Source: an uncultured Phycisphaerales bacterium (GTDB lineage Bacteria > Planctomycetota > Phycisphaerae > Sedimentisphaerales > Anaerobacaceae). Taken from it: a stretch of DNA of 64,000 nt. Of this stretch, positions 39,745 through 50,117 are shown in pieces (position 1 is the stretch's first letter; each line of letters starts with the position of its first letter). The notes beneath the pieces are model-generated. The model made no database searches. It was not told the DNA's origin and saw nothing but the letters and a program-made list of their open reading frames with translations. The stretch is taken from assembly GCA_963718665.1 (NCBI GenBank), contig OY970359.1:2112001-2176000 (forward strand). The letters are read 5' to 3'. The translations under genes and the position numbers were made by a program.

Positions 39745-41700
39745 ATGGCTACGAACAAAATAATAGGAATTGATTTGGGGACGACAAACTCGGTGGTTGC
39801 CGTAATGGAAGGCAATTCGCCGAAGGTACTGATTAACTCATCCGGCTCACGACTGACGCCCTCGGTTGTCGGTTTTACCGACAAGGGTGAACGATTAGTC
39901 GGCCAGATTGCAAAACACCAGCAGGTAACCAATCCTGAACACACGGTTTTCTCAATCAAACGGTTTATGGGCAGACGCCACAACGAGGTCGGGTCCGAGG
40001 AAAAGATAGTGCCTTATAAAATTGTAGGTGGCGCCGATGAGCTGGTAAAGGTCAACGTCCGCGGCAAGGAATACACGCCGCCTGAGATATCGGCGATGAT
40101 TTTGCAGGATTTGAAAAAGACGGCGGAAGATTACCTCGGCGAGAGCGTTGAGCGGGCGGTCATTACCGTGCCGGCGTATTTCAATGACGCGCAAAGACAG
40201 GCGACCAAAGACGCGGGGGCAATCGCTGGCCTGAAGGTCGAGCGGATTATCAATGAGCCGACTGCAGCAGCCCTTGCTTACGGCGTTGAGAAAAAGCGAA
40301 ATGAAAAAGTCGCCGTGTTCGATTTCGGCGGCGGCACATTCGATATTTCAATCCTCGATATAGGCGACAACGTCTTCGAGGTGCTGAGCACCAACGGCGA
40401 TACGCACTTAGGCGGGGACGACCTCGACGCAGTCCTTATCAATTACATCGCCGAGGAGTTCAGGAAGAAAGAAGGCATCGACCTTCGCAAAGACCCGATG
40501 TCGCATCAACGGCTCAAAGAAGCGGCGGAAAAGGCCAAGTGTGAATTGAGCAGCCAGGTGGAATCGACGGTGAACCTGCCGTTTATTACGGCGGACGCAT
40601 CGGGGCCCAAACATTTGCAGATGACGATTACACGCAGCAAGTTCGAGGCCCTTTGCGAGCCGGTATTCGACCGGCTGAAAAACCCCTGCCTCAAGGCGAT
40701 ACAGGACGCAAAACTTGCGACAAAGGACATCGCGGAAGTGCTGCTCGTCGGCGGCTCGACAAGAATCCCGATAGTCCAGCAGATTGCACGCGAGCTTTTC
40801 AAGAAAGAACCAAACAGGAGCTTGAATCCTGATGAGGTCGTCGCGATGGGTGCGGCTGTCCAGGGCGCGGTATTAGCGGGCGACACGGGCGTTAAAGATA
40901 TTCTTCTTCTGGATGTAACGCCTCTTTCACTGGGTGTTGAGACATTGGGCGGCGTTATGACAAAACTGATTGAACGCAACACAACGATACCGACGAGCAA
41001 GACCGAAATATTCTCAACCGCCGCGGATAATCAGACGACTGTTGATATTCACGTTTTGCAGGGTGAGCGCGAGTTTGCGCACGACAACCGTTCGCTGGGC
41101 AGGTTCCAGCTTGCAGGTTTGCCATCGTCGCCGAGAGGCATACCGCAGATTGAGGTTGCTTTCAACATCGACGCAAATGGCATTTTGAATGTATCTGCCA
41201 AGGACCTGGCGACAAACAAGCAGCAGTCGATTGAGATTAAATCCAGCTCAGGCATAAGCGACCAGGATATCGACCGGATGAAAAAGGACGCCGAATCACA
41301 TGCCGAGGACGACAAGAGGAAACGTGAGGTCGTGGATTTGAAGAACCAGGCAGACCAGCTTGTTTACGTTACCGAAAAAACGCTCAAAGAGCATGGCAGC
41401 AAGGTTTCAGGCGATACTCGCGGCAAAATCGAGAGTGCGGTCAATAATCTAAAGGAAGTCGTCAAGGGCGACAATGCCGACGCGATAAGAAAGGCGCTCG
41501 ATAACCTCAATAGCGCAAGTCAGGAATTAGGCAAAACGCTGTATGAGGAAGCCGCGAAGAAGACCGCGGGCGGCAAAGGCGCAGCAGGCCCGGCTCAACA
41601 GGATGCCCCGCCTCCTCCGCCTGCCGAAGGTGAAGTCCGCAGAAAAGGCGGCGACGATGACGTAATAGACGCGGAGTTCGAAGCAAAAGATAAAAAGTAA
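39745..41700 (+). CDS. dnaK: chaperone DnaK
   Basis: [36 protein letters not shown]. Confidence 0.98.
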   Translation: MATNKIIGIDLGTTNSVVAVMEGNSPKVLINSSGSRLTPSVVGFTDKGERLVGQIAKHQQVTNPEHTVFSIKRFMGRRHNEVGSEEKIVPYKIVGGADELVKVNVRGKEYTPPEISAMILQDLKKTAEDYLGESVERAVITVPAYFNDAQRQATKDAGAIAGLKVERIINEPTAAALAYGVEKKRNEKVAVFDFGGGTFDISILDIGDNVFEVLSTNGDTHLGGDDLDAVLINYIAEEFRKKEGIDLRKDPMSHQRLKEAAEKAKCELSSQVESTVNLPFITADASGPKHLQMTITRSKFEALCEPVFDRLKNPCLKAIQDAKLATKDIAEVLLVGGSTRIPIVQQIARELFKKEPNRSLNPDEVVAMGAAVQGAVLAGDTGVKDILLLDVTPLSLGVETLGGVMTKLIERNTTIPTSKTEIFSTAADNQTTVDIHVLQGEREFAHDNRSLGRFQLAGLPSSPRGIPQIEVAFNIDANGILNVSAKDLATNKQQSIEIKSSSGISDQDIDRMKKDAESHAEDDKRKREVVDLKNQADQLVYVTEKTLKEHGSKVSGDTRGKIESAVNNLKEVVKGDNADAIRKALDNLNSASQELGKTLYEEAAKKTAGGKGAAGPAQQDAPPPPPAEGEVRRKGGDDDVIDAEFEAKDKK

Positions 41701-41756
41701 AAAGGTAAAAGTAAAAAGTATGAATGAGCGCAGGTTTTTCGAAACTTGCGCTCTTT

Positions 41757-42227
41757 TTATTTTATTTGGGATTTTAATTTTTCGATGGCAAAGCGGGCGA
41801 TGATGTTGTGGTCGAAGGCCATATTCGGGGGCAGGTTGTCGATATCGAACCATTGTGCCATAGCGGCATCATCGCCGGCTTTTACGCGGTCGAGTCCTTC
41901 TTTGATTATGCCCATATAAACTACGGTGATTTGTCTGCCTCGTGGGTCCCGGCCACAGGTGCCGACGGTGTGCATTTGTTCGAGGGCGATTCCTGTGAGG
42001 CCTGTTTCTTCCTGTAATTCTCTTGCGACGGCATCTTCCAATTCTTCATCCATTCCGATGAAGCCGCCTGGAATGGCCCATTGGCCTTTGAATGGTTCGT
42101 TGCCTCGTTTGATGAGCAGGAGCTTAGTTGCGTCGGCAATAACGGCGAAAACTACCGCATCGACCGTAACCATAGGCCTGGGCCAGTCGTAAACGTATTT
42201 TCCTTTCTCGTTCATTTCGGACAGCAT
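41757..42227 (-). CDS. NUDIX hydrolase (ADP-ribose pyrophosphatase/NrtR N-domain-like)
   Basis: WAIPGGF..EELEDAVARELQEETG, RDPRGR, MAFDH; start at 42227 or 42215. Confidence 0.9.
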   Translation of the reverse strand: MLSEMNEKGKYVYDWPRPMVTVDAVVFAVIADATKLLLIKRGNEPFKGQWAIPGGFIGMDEELEDAVARELQEETGLTGIALEQMHTVGTCGRDPRGRQITVVYMGIIKEGLDRVKAGDDAAMAQWFDIDNLPPNMAFDHNIIARFAIEKLKSQIK

Positions 42228-42286
42228 AATAAATATTGGGAATTTAAGCAATTGCCGAAAGGGAGGTAAACGCATAAAATAGGGGT

Positions 42287-43171
42287 ATGCACGACGTTGA
42301 AACAGTAATGAGGAATTTAATCGAGATATCGGATGTTGCGCTCGTTGACGGGTGGCGCGGATGGGTTGCGGTTCGCGCCGCGGGCAAAGACCAGTTTTCA
42401 AAGGCAGGATGGGAGAAGCTGCTGGCTAAGCCGGAGAAGCTGCTTGAGGGTGCGCAGCAGACGCTGAAAATCGAAGGGTTGAATACCGTTACGGTTAAGT
42501 ATCTGGATATCGGGGGCAGGGGCGTCAAAGCGGTGATAAAGCGGAGGCAAGCCGGCGGGGGAATTCGTGGATTTTTCAGGTCGATGGGAGCGGCCCACGC
42601 GATACGGAATTTTATCGCGGCGGTCAAAATCAGGCAATATGGTCTGCCCGTCGCGGCGCCTCTGGCGGCGGTATATCACAAGAGATTTTTATTTTGCGAC
42701 CAGAGCATATATATCAGCGAATATATTGAGGGGACAAACCTGTACGAGTTTTTAAAGGATATGCAGGCACAGGGCGAGGAGCGGTACTGGATAATGCGGG
42801 AGCTTTCGGCGCGGATGGCGGAGATATTCGCGGAGCTTCACAAAAATAATCTGTGGCACAGGGACGCCAAGGCGACGAATTTTGTCGTCAGTCGTGACAA
42901 CGACGGGGAGTATCGCGTTACGATTACCGACGTGGACGGGATTAAGCAGTATTTTTCCGCCAGCGAAGACAGGCAGATGCAGGGGCTGTGGCAATTGGCG
43001 GCATCGGTTATGGAACTGCCGGGTATTACGCGGACGGATTATCTGCGGGCCTTTGAGATATACTGCGATGAGGTGAGGGTGCCGGCGGAGCAGCGAAGGG
43101 ACATATTCAGGCGACTTGTGCAGAAGGCGCAGGCGAAGTATCGTCTCAAGCAAGCCAGACAGGGACGTTAA
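42287..43171 (+). CDS. lipopolysaccharide kinase (Kdo/WaaP family)
   Basis: LWHRDAKATNF, ITDVDG; next to a heptosyltransferase. Confidence 0.8.
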   Translation: MHDVETVMRNLIEISDVALVDGWRGWVAVRAAGKDQFSKAGWEKLLAKPEKLLEGAQQTLKIEGLNTVTVKYLDIGGRGVKAVIKRRQAGGGIRGFFRSMGAAHAIRNFIAAVKIRQYGLPVAAPLAAVYHKRFLFCDQSIYISEYIEGTNLYEFLKDMQAQGEERYWIMRELSARMAEIFAELHKNNLWHRDAKATNFVVSRDNDGEYRVTITDVDGIKQYFSASEDRQMQGLWQLAASVMELPGITRTDYLRAFEIYCDEVRVPAEQRRDIFRRLVQKAQAKYRLKQARQGR

Positions 43172-44203
43172 ATGATGGGCGACGAGCCGAGACGCATTTT
43201 GATTATAAAGCCGAGCGCTTTGGGGGATATAATCTTAGCGCTGCCCGCGTTGTCGGCGCTGAGGAGGAGTTTTCCGGGGGCGAAAATATCGTGGTTTGTC
43301 AGGCCTGAGTTTGCGCCGCTGATAACAGGGCATCCGTACATATCTGATATTATCCTGTTCGACCGCAGAAAACTGGCCAAATGGTGGTGCAGTCCGGGCA
43401 GTTTTAATGCGTTAAGTTCGCTTGTTAAGCAGCTCAGGGCGGGTAAATTCGATTTGGTATTCGATTTTCAGGGACTTTTCAGGACGGGATTTTTCAGTTG
43501 GGTAAGTGGGTGCAAGAGGCGATTCGGGATGGCTGGGGCGAGAGAGCTGGCACACCTGTTTTATACGGATAAAATTTCGCAGGATGCTTCGAGCATTCAC
43601 TTAGTTGATTATTATTTGAAAATTGTTGCCGCTGCTGGTGCAAAACAGGGAGAAGCGGAATTTAAATTGCCGGAGGACGCGGGGGCAGCGGAACAAATCG
43701 ACAAACTTTTGAAATCGCAGGGTGTAAACGCCAAATATGCTGTGATTGTTCCCGGGGCGGCACAGCCGGATAAGCGTTGGCCGATTGAGCGATTCGCGGA
43801 ATTAGCTGATAAAATCGGTTCACGATTCGGCATGCAGATTGTGGCGACGGGTTCACAGGGGGAGCGAGAATATATTGAGGCGATTGGCAGACGAGTTGTC
43901 AATCTTGCAGGGAAAACAGCGGTGCGTGAGTTAATACCGTTAATGAGAAAGGCGTCACTGGTCGTGAGCAATGATACCGGGCCGGGGCATATCGCGGCTG
44001 CGCTCAGTGTGCCGATAGTGATGATATTCGGGCCTACGAACCCGGCGAGGGTGTGCCCTTATAAACGGCCCCAATGCGTCGTGGCGGCTGAGCCGAACGA
44101 ACGTGGAATGAATGCGGACAGCTACGCCCCAAGGCACGCTATTACCCATATAGCCGTCGAGCGGGTTTTTGAGACGGCCTGTCAGCAAATCAAGCAGCAG
44201 TAA
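43172..44203 (+). CDS. GT9 ADP-heptose:LPS heptosyltransferase
   Basis: IKPSALGDII, DFQGLFRT, KRWP, SNDTGPGHIAAA, IFGPT. Confidence 0.92.
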   Translation: MMGDEPRRILIIKPSALGDIILALPALSALRRSFPGAKISWFVRPEFAPLITGHPYISDIILFDRRKLAKWWCSPGSFNALSSLVKQLRAGKFDLVFDFQGLFRTGFFSWVSGCKRRFGMAGARELAHLFYTDKISQDASSIHLVDYYLKIVAAAGAKQGEAEFKLPEDAGAAEQIDKLLKSQGVNAKYAVIVPGAAQPDKRWPIERFAELADKIGSRFGMQIVATGSQGEREYIEAIGRRVVNLAGKTAVRELIPLMRKASLVVSNDTGPGHIAAALSVPIVMIFGPTNPARVCPYKRPQCVVAAEPNERGMNADSYAPRHAITHIAVERVFETACQQIKQQ

Positions 44204-44216
44204 TTTAATGGCCCAA

Positions 44217-47057
44217 TTACTTTAATGTAACGGCGCAGCGTTCGCAGACATCGGGGTGTTGCGGGTTGCTGCCTACGCTTGACCAGTAGTTCCAGCAACG
44301 TTGGCATTTTTGATGTGTACTCTTTTGGGCAATTATCTGTCTTTCGCCATTGGTTTTTTCAAGCTTAATCTCACTAACAATGCAAAGGGCGGCGAAGGAT
44401 TTCAAGCCAAACTGCTCAATCGCGGCTGCATCTTCACTGCCGCAGCGGATAGTTACGCTGGATTCCTGATTGCTGCCGATAATCTTGTTTTGTCGCAATG
44501 GTTCAAGTGCTTTAAGGACCTCGTCTCTAAGAAACATAAGCTTTTGCCATTTCGGGTCTTCGACTTTGGGACTGGCTTTAGGCATCATCGCCAGATGAAT
44601 ACTATCAACATTTTGTGATTTGTGCTGGATTGCAGCCCAGGTTTCCTCAGCGGTGTGTACGAGAATCGGGGCGAACAATAGCGTGAGCGAATCGAGGATT
44701 TTGTAAAGCGCGGTCTGGCAGCTTCGGCGGGATGAGCTGTCTGCGGGGTCGCAATACAAGCGGTCCTTGAGCAGGTCCATATAGATACTGCTCATCTCGA
44801 TGCTGCAGAAATTATAGAGCAGCGAAAACGCGCGGTGATAGGCGAAATCATCGAATTCTTTGGTAACGCCGGCGATTAGCTTTTGGAGCTGCTGCATTGC
44901 CCATTTGTCGATTTCGAACATTTTGTCGTAAGCGACGGCGTTTTTAGCAGGGTCGAAATCGTAGATGTTGCCGAGGAGATAGCGCAGGGTGTTTCTGATT
45001 TTGCGGTAGGCATCCTGTGTTTTGCCGATGAGCTCATCGTTGCAGCGCATATCGTCTTGATAGTTGACGCTGGCGACCCAGAGGCGAAGGATGTCTGCGC
45101 CGTATTTGGTAACCTCGTCCTGCGCGTTGACGTAGTTGCCCAGCGACTTGGATTGCTTCATACCTTTTTCATCAACGGTGAAGCCGTGGGTGAGAACGGC
45201 CTTGAAGGGGGCTTTGCCCATAAAGCCCAGCGCGGGCAAAAGCGATAACTGGAACCAGCCGCGGTGCTGGTCGCTGCCTTCGAGATAGAGGTCAACGGGG
45301 ATGGGCCAGCCGGCTTTTGAGGCGACGGAGTACCAACTGCATCCCGATTCGAACCAGACGTCGAAGATGTTTTCTTCTTTTTTCAGTTCGTTAAATGAGA
45401 AGCCGGGAGGCAATTTGAAATCCGCGCCGAGGATTTGCTCAGGAGAATCGGTAAACCAGCTATCGGAACCTTTTGCAGCGATATGTTTTGAAACCGCCAA
45501 TACCGATTCTTTTGTCAAAAGTGTTTCGCCCTGAGGATTGACAAAGACCGGGATAGGCAGGCCCCAGCTTCGCTGTCTGCTGATGCACCAGTCGGGGCGA
45601 GATTCGAGCATACCTTCGATGCGTTTCTGACCCCAGTCGGGAATCCAGCGGACGTTTTTTGTGGATTCGAGGGAGAGGTTGCGCAGTGTTTTGCCCAGGC
45701 CGGGGATTTCCTTATCGACGCTGACGAACCATTGTTCGGTTGCGCGGAAGATGACGGGTGTTTTGCTTCGCCAGCAGTGGGGGTAGCTGTGTGTGATTTT
45801 CTGCTGTCTGACAAGCAAGCCGGTTTTAGTGAGGTGGTCGATGACTTCCTTATCGACCTTGAGGACGCTTTTGCCGCGGAGCCATTCGGGGACAGTGTTG
45901 TCGTAAGAGCCATCATCTTTCACCGGCGAATATATGGCCAGACCATACTTTTGCCCTGACATATAGTCCTCTGCGCCGTGGCCCGGGGCGGTGTGGACGA
46001 GGCCCGTGCCGTCTTCGGTTGTTACGTATTCAGCGAGTATAACCTTGTAGGCATCTTTATCAGTCGGGTTCTTTTCGATAAAGGGATGAGTATAGCGCAG
46101 GCCCTCGAGTTTGGAGCCGAGGACCTTATTTGGGTTGACTTTATATTGTCCTTCGTTTAATCCGGCAGCCGCGACGACAGCGGAGAGGCGGTCAGAAACT
46201 ACGATGGAGACGAAACGCCTGCCATTAAGCTGGTAGTCGAGAGTTACATATTCGAGACGCGGGTGCAGTGCGACAGCGAGATTTGCGGCTAACGTCCACG
46301 GTGTGGTCGTCCAAATCATAAAACAAACTTTGGCGTTCTGCGCCTGCTCTGCTGTTACCAGACCAAGTTCGGTTAATCGTGGGATGCTGTCTTTGGCAAC
46401 GGGAAAATTTACGAAGATGCTTGGTGAGTCGATATCTTTGTATTCCAGTTCCGCTTCTGCCAGTGCGGTTTCACAGCCGACGGACCAGTGAATAGGTTTC
46501 AATTGTTTTTTGACGAGACCTTTGCCTACGAGTTCAGCGAAGACCTCAAGGATACCTGCCTCGTAGGATGGCTTGAATGTGAGATACGGGTTTTCGAAGT
46601 CGCCGAATACGCCTAATTGCTGAAACTGCTGGCTCTGGAGCTTGACGTATTTGCTGGCGTATTTTTTGCAGAGCTGGCGAATTTCGGGTTTGCCCAGTTG
46701 GCGGACCTTTTCACCGAGTTCGGTAACGACCTTTGATTCGATGGGCAGGCCGTGGCAATCCCAGCCGGGGACGTAGGGGGCGTCGAAGCCGGACATTGTT
46801 TTGTAGCGGACGACGAAATCCTTGAGGACCTTGTTTATGACGTGGCCCATATGGATATCGCCGTTGGCATAAGGCGGCCCGTCGTGCAGGATGTATAACG
46901 GGGCGCTTTTTCGGGCGGCCCTGATTTTGCCGTAGATGTCGCTTTTTTGCCAGTCCTTGCGCATCTGCGGTTCTCGCTGGACGAGGTTTGCCTTCATCGC
47001 AAAACTCGTTTGCGGCAGGTTCAATGTTTGGCTGTAACTTTTCTTGTCGTCGGACAT
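44217..47057 (-). CDS. ileS: isoleucine--tRNA ligase (type 1)
   Basis: HDGPPYANGDIHMGH, GWDCHGLPIE, WCISRQR, KQSKS, C-terminal CQRCW..CERC. Confidence 0.98.
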   Translation of the reverse strand: MSDDKKSYSQTLNLPQTSFAMKANLVQREPQMRKDWQKSDIYGKIRAARKSAPLYILHDGPPYANGDIHMGHVINKVLKDFVVRYKTMSGFDAPYVPGWDCHGLPIESKVVTELGEKVRQLGKPEIRQLCKKYASKYVKLQSQQFQQLGVFGDFENPYLTFKPSYEAGILEVFAELVGKGLVKKQLKPIHWSVGCETALAEAELEYKDIDSPSIFVNFPVAKDSIPRLTELGLVTAEQAQNAKVCFMIWTTTPWTLAANLAVALHPRLEYVTLDYQLNGRRFVSIVVSDRLSAVVAAAGLNEGQYKVNPNKVLGSKLEGLRYTHPFIEKNPTDKDAYKVILAEYVTTEDGTGLVHTAPGHGAEDYMSGQKYGLAIYSPVKDDGSYDNTVPEWLRGKSVLKVDKEVIDHLTKTGLLVRQQKITHSYPHCWRSKTPVIFRATEQWFVSVDKEIPGLGKTLRNLSLESTKNVRWIPDWGQKRIEGMLESRPDWCISRQRSWGLPIPVFVNPQGETLLTKESVLAVSKHIAAKGSDSWFTDSPEQILGADFKLPPGFSFNELKKEENIFDVWFESGCSWYSVASKAGWPIPVDLYLEGSDQHRGWFQLSLLPALGFMGKAPFKAVLTHGFTVDEKGMKQSKSLGNYVNAQDEVTKYGADILRLWVASVNYQDDMRCNDELIGKTQDAYRKIRNTLRYLLGNIYDFDPAKNAVAYDKMFEIDKWAMQQLQKLIAGVTKEFDDFAYHRAFSLLYNFCSIEMSSIYMDLLKDRLYCDPADSSSRRSCQTALYKILDSLTLLFAPILVHTAEETWAAIQHKSQNVDSIHLAMMPKASPKVEDPKWQKLMFLRDEVLKALEPLRQNKIIGSNQESSVTIRCGSEDAAAIEQFGLKSFAALCIVSEIKLEKTNGERQIIAQKSTHQKCQRCWNYWSSVGSNPQHPDVCERCAVTLK

Positions 47058-47085
47058 CGTTATACCTCAAAAAAGTAAAACCATT

Positions 47086-47114
47086 ATGCTAAATCGAACG
47101 CTTGTTAATGTCAA
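47086..47114 (-). promoter_or_regulatory. proximal sigma-70 promoter of ileS
   Basis: Minus strand TTGACA-N17-TAGCAT. Confidence 0.5.
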
Positions 47115-47156
47115 TGTTAGTAACCCCCCAATAAATTGGGGGGCTAAATTTAAACG

Positions 47157-47194
47157 AAAAAGGCCTTTCAGGATTGCCGCCCTGAAAGGCCTTT
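47157..47194 (-). terminator. attenuator terminator upstream of ileS
   Basis: Minus strand AAAGGCCTTTCAGG-GCGGCAAT-CCTGAAAGGCCTTTTT. Confidence 0.85.
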
Positions 47195-47215
47195 ATAAAT
47201 CGATATTTTACGCTT

Positions 47216-47323
47216 TCAGGACAGCTTTGTTATGTCTCCTATAATGATAATCGCAATGACAGCGGGGCACATAATGTGCTTTGCCTGTGCGATTAACCGT
47301 AATGTAGATTGTTTTAACGCCAT
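47216..47323 (-). CDS. Ile-rich leader peptide of ileS, 35 aa (absent from ORF track)
   Basis: MALKQSTLRLIAQAKHIMCPAVIAIIIIGDITKLS; SD AAGGTG; stop region CCTGAAAG complementary to terminator 5' arm. Confidence 0.82.
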   Translation of the reverse strand: MALKQSTLRLIAQAKHIMCPAVIAIIIIGDITKLS

Positions 47324-47346
47324 AAATTCACCTTAACAACGTTACA

Positions 47347-47423
47347 AATCTACTATAGTAGTCGGTTATTGTCAATCGTAAGTTTAACGGCCATTGACAC
47401 AAGGCCGGTTCGCCTCTTATAGT
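47347..47423. promoter_or_regulatory. divergent sigma-70 promoters (ileS leader on minus, pmm on plus)
   Basis: Minus TTGACA-N17-TAGATT (47375-47347); plus TTGACA-N18-TATAGT (47394-47423). Confidence 0.6.
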
Positions 47424-47479
47424 ATTCCCTTTATTAACCGTATTTATTTTAAGAAACGAACAACGAAAGGGCTATTTTG

Positions 47480-48919
47480 ATGGATCCTACAATTTTCAAG
47501 GCGTATGACATCAGGGGTATTTACGGCGAGCAGTTTAACGAAGAAGACGCGTGGAAGATTGGTTTTGCGACGGCGCGTTTTTTACCTGCGCTTCTTCACG
47601 GTTTCGACAGGGGGCAGACCAATGCCAGGGCGATTTGCGTGGGGCGTGATATGCGGACTCACAGCGAGTCGCTTGCAAATGTGCTGATTGAGGGCATTAT
47701 TTCAGCGGGTATTGATGTTATTGATATCGGTATGGTCGATTCACCCTTTATGTATTTTGCAATTAATTATCTCAGTGCCTGCGGCGGAGTTCAGGTAACC
47801 GCCTCGCACAATCCAGCCAAATACAATGGCTTCAAGGTATCAGGCCCTGGCGCAAAACCCATCGGCGAAGATACCGGTCTAAAAGATATTCAGCATATCG
47901 CGATGTCCCTGCTGCATACCAAGGGCAAACCCACAGGCACTGTGCAAAAGGTTGATCTGACGGAGGAATATAGAAAGCACGTTTTGAAATTCCTGCTGCC
48001 CAAGCTGCGAAAGCTCAAGATAGCCATCGACGCTTCGAATGGTATGGCTGGTAAAATGGTGCCTGCCCTGTTCTCCGGGCTTGGTTTAAAAATTATCGAG
48101 TTGAATTTCAAACATGACGGCACCTTTAATCACGAACCAAACCCGTTGCTTGAGGAAAACCTTGAGGAGCTGAAGGCAGCGGTCGTTCAGGAAAAGTGTG
48201 ATTTCGGCGTTTGTTTCGACGGCGACGCAGACCGGCTGATAATGGTTGATGAGACAGGGCGAACGATTAGCTGCGACCTGATGACCGCGCTTATGGCGAG
48301 GTATTTCCTGAAAAAAGAGCCGAAGTCAACGATAGTTTACGATCTGCGTTCGAGCAGGGTGGTTGCAGAGGAAATCATCAAATACGGCGGGACGCCCCGG
48401 CGGGAGCGGGTAGGGCACGCGTTTATGAAAAAGGCACTGCGCGACTCGCACGCGATTTTCGGCGGCGAATTATCGGGGCATTTCTATTATCGCGATAATT
48501 TCTTCGCCGATTCAGGGATGATTACATTTGTTCATATGCTCAATATTATCAGTCAAAGCGATGCGCCGGTCAGCGAGCTGGCCAATCCCCTTCGCAGATA
48601 TTCCTCGAGCGGCGAGATAAACTTCCAGGTCGAGGACAAAAAGGCCAAAATGGACGAACTGGCGAAGAGATACCGTGACGGGCAGGTTGACTGGCTCGAC
48701 GGCGTTACCGTGGGATTTAAGGACTGGTGGTTTAACTGCAGGCCGAGTAATACCGAGCCGTTATTGCGGCTGACGGTCGAGGCGAAAACGCCTGAAATGC
48801 TCCAGGAAAAATTAAAAGAGATACAGTCAATACTTGGCTCGCCGGTTCGCCAAGAGAAACATAAGCCGCAGGAACAGCCTGCTAAAAAAGCGGGTAAAAA
48901 AAAGCCCGCAGATAAGTAG
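47480..48919 (+). CDS. phosphomannomutase/phosphoglucomutase
   Basis: IFKAYDIRG, VTASHNP, FDGDADR, GELSGH, SNTEP. Confidence 0.94.
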   Translation: MDPTIFKAYDIRGIYGEQFNEEDAWKIGFATARFLPALLHGFDRGQTNARAICVGRDMRTHSESLANVLIEGIISAGIDVIDIGMVDSPFMYFAINYLSACGGVQVTASHNPAKYNGFKVSGPGAKPIGEDTGLKDIQHIAMSLLHTKGKPTGTVQKVDLTEEYRKHVLKFLLPKLRKLKIAIDASNGMAGKMVPALFSGLGLKIIELNFKHDGTFNHEPNPLLEENLEELKAAVVQEKCDFGVCFDGDADRLIMVDETGRTISCDLMTALMARYFLKKEPKSTIVYDLRSSRVVAEEIIKYGGTPRRERVGHAFMKKALRDSHAIFGGELSGHFYYRDNFFADSGMITFVHMLNIISQSDAPVSELANPLRRYSSSGEINFQVEDKKAKMDELAKRYRDGQVDWLDGVTVGFKDWWFNCRPSNTEPLLRLTVEAKTPEMLQEKLKEIQSILGSPVRQEKHKPQEQPAKKAGKKKPADK

Positions 48920-48930
48920 AGGAATGAATT

Positions 48931-49239
48931 ATGGAAATCAACAGGAAAACATTTCAGACCCCGAAGGGCCTTGTTGAGGGCGTCCAGACGAAATGGCCCG
49001 GCTTTAATATCCTGATTGTTACCGGCTCGAAAGGATTTCTGGCCTGTCCGGCAATCGACGTTGACGCCTGCCAGAGATATGGCGTGGCTGCGGCTTTGGT
49101 CGAAAGCTCGCCGGCCAACCCGATTGGCACGCTTGACAGATTTCCCGACAGAAAGATTACAAAGGTTAATGAAAAGGCCAAATTGCTGGGCATTAAAGAA
49201 GGTATGCCCGTTGCTGATGCCTTCGCGTTGATTGTATAG
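48931..49239 (+). CDS. YunC/DUF1805-like small protein
   Basis: KGFLAC, VNEKAKLLGIKEGM pattern. Confidence 0.65.
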   Translation: MEINRKTFQTPKGLVEGVQTKWPGFNILIVTGSKGFLACPAIDVDACQRYGVAAALVESSPANPIGTLDRFPDRKITKVNEKAKLLGIKEGMPVADAFALIV

Positions 49240-49272
49240 TGTCTGACTGAAACTGTTTTTGGAGAGTATAAT

Positions 49273-50112
49273 ATGAGAATCTCACACCTTCTCACGTTTG
49301 CTGTTCTTTTTGTCATTCTTTCAAATCCTGCGTTTGCTCAACAGGAACCAATAACGTTGACGCTTCCACAAAGTCCATACATCGTTAATCCCAATCCGGC
49401 ACTGGCGGATGTCAATTGCTTTTATATAACGGTTAGATTGCGCGGTGCGTATAACGACTCCAATTCGGCACTAACTACCCAGATCGAGCAGCAAGTCGAG
49501 GCCACGTTCAGAGATTACGATATCAACGTTATAGATACCAATGTGGACGCAAACTCGCCGCTGGCAATGCTCGCAAAAAAGCGGTTAGGTTCTGTATCTA
49601 ATCTGAGATGGAGGCCCGCCAATGTTCCCGAGTTTCGCATTGAGATTGATTTGTTGAATCTTCCTGATACAAACCAGTGCATTTTTCGCCTTCAAACTTC
49701 TTTTTTGAAAAGAGCCCAGCTTGAGAACGGCCCCAAGGCCAATATGATGGCTGATGTCTGGAAAGATGAGCCGGTTATGCGTTTGGTTGCGACAAAGGAT
49801 TTGGCCGAGTCCCTCATCTCTGCGGCTATTGTTCAGGCGCGGGCGTTTATTGGATCGTGGTCTGTGACCAGGGCAGCAGACAAACAATCGGAGGTCAGTC
49901 AAACAAAGCCGCAGTTGCGCAAAGCAACTGATGAGAACGATAAACAGCAATCTGTCGAATCTAAATATGTTTCTTCTAAGAACAGCCAGATATTTCACAA
50001 GGCGAGTTGCTCGTCTGCGAAGAGAATATCTCCGAACAATCTTGTGAGCTATGCTACGAGGGACGCGGCAATCGCCGCGGGCAAAAAGCCCTGTGAACGC
50101 TGTAATCCCTGA
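49273..50112 (+). CDS. exported protein with C-terminal Ada-type metal-binding domain
   Basis: Signal peptide; SSKNSQIFHKASC...AIAAGKKPCERCNP. Confidence 0.75.
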   Translation: MRISHLLTFAVLFVILSNPAFAQQEPITLTLPQSPYIVNPNPALADVNCFYITVRLRGAYNDSNSALTTQIEQQVEATFRDYDINVIDTNVDANSPLAMLAKKRLGSVSNLRWRPANVPEFRIEIDLLNLPDTNQCIFRLQTSFLKRAQLENGPKANMMADVWKDEPVMRLVATKDLAESLISAAIVQARAFIGSWSVTRAADKQSEVSQTKPQLRKATDENDKQQSVESKYVSSKNSQIFHKASCSSAKRISPNNLVSYATRDAAIAAGKKPCERCNP

Positions 50113-50117
50113 ATAAG

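Noticed and set aside
47118..47147. CCCCCCAAT-AA-ATTGGGGGG hairpin between the attenuator and ileS
   Set aside because: Looks like a generic REP-like palindrome and is not needed for the attenuator model
47044..47244. Plus-strand 66-aa ORF in the ileS upstream region
   Set aside because: Antisense to the leader/attenuator, runs through hairpins, no RBS
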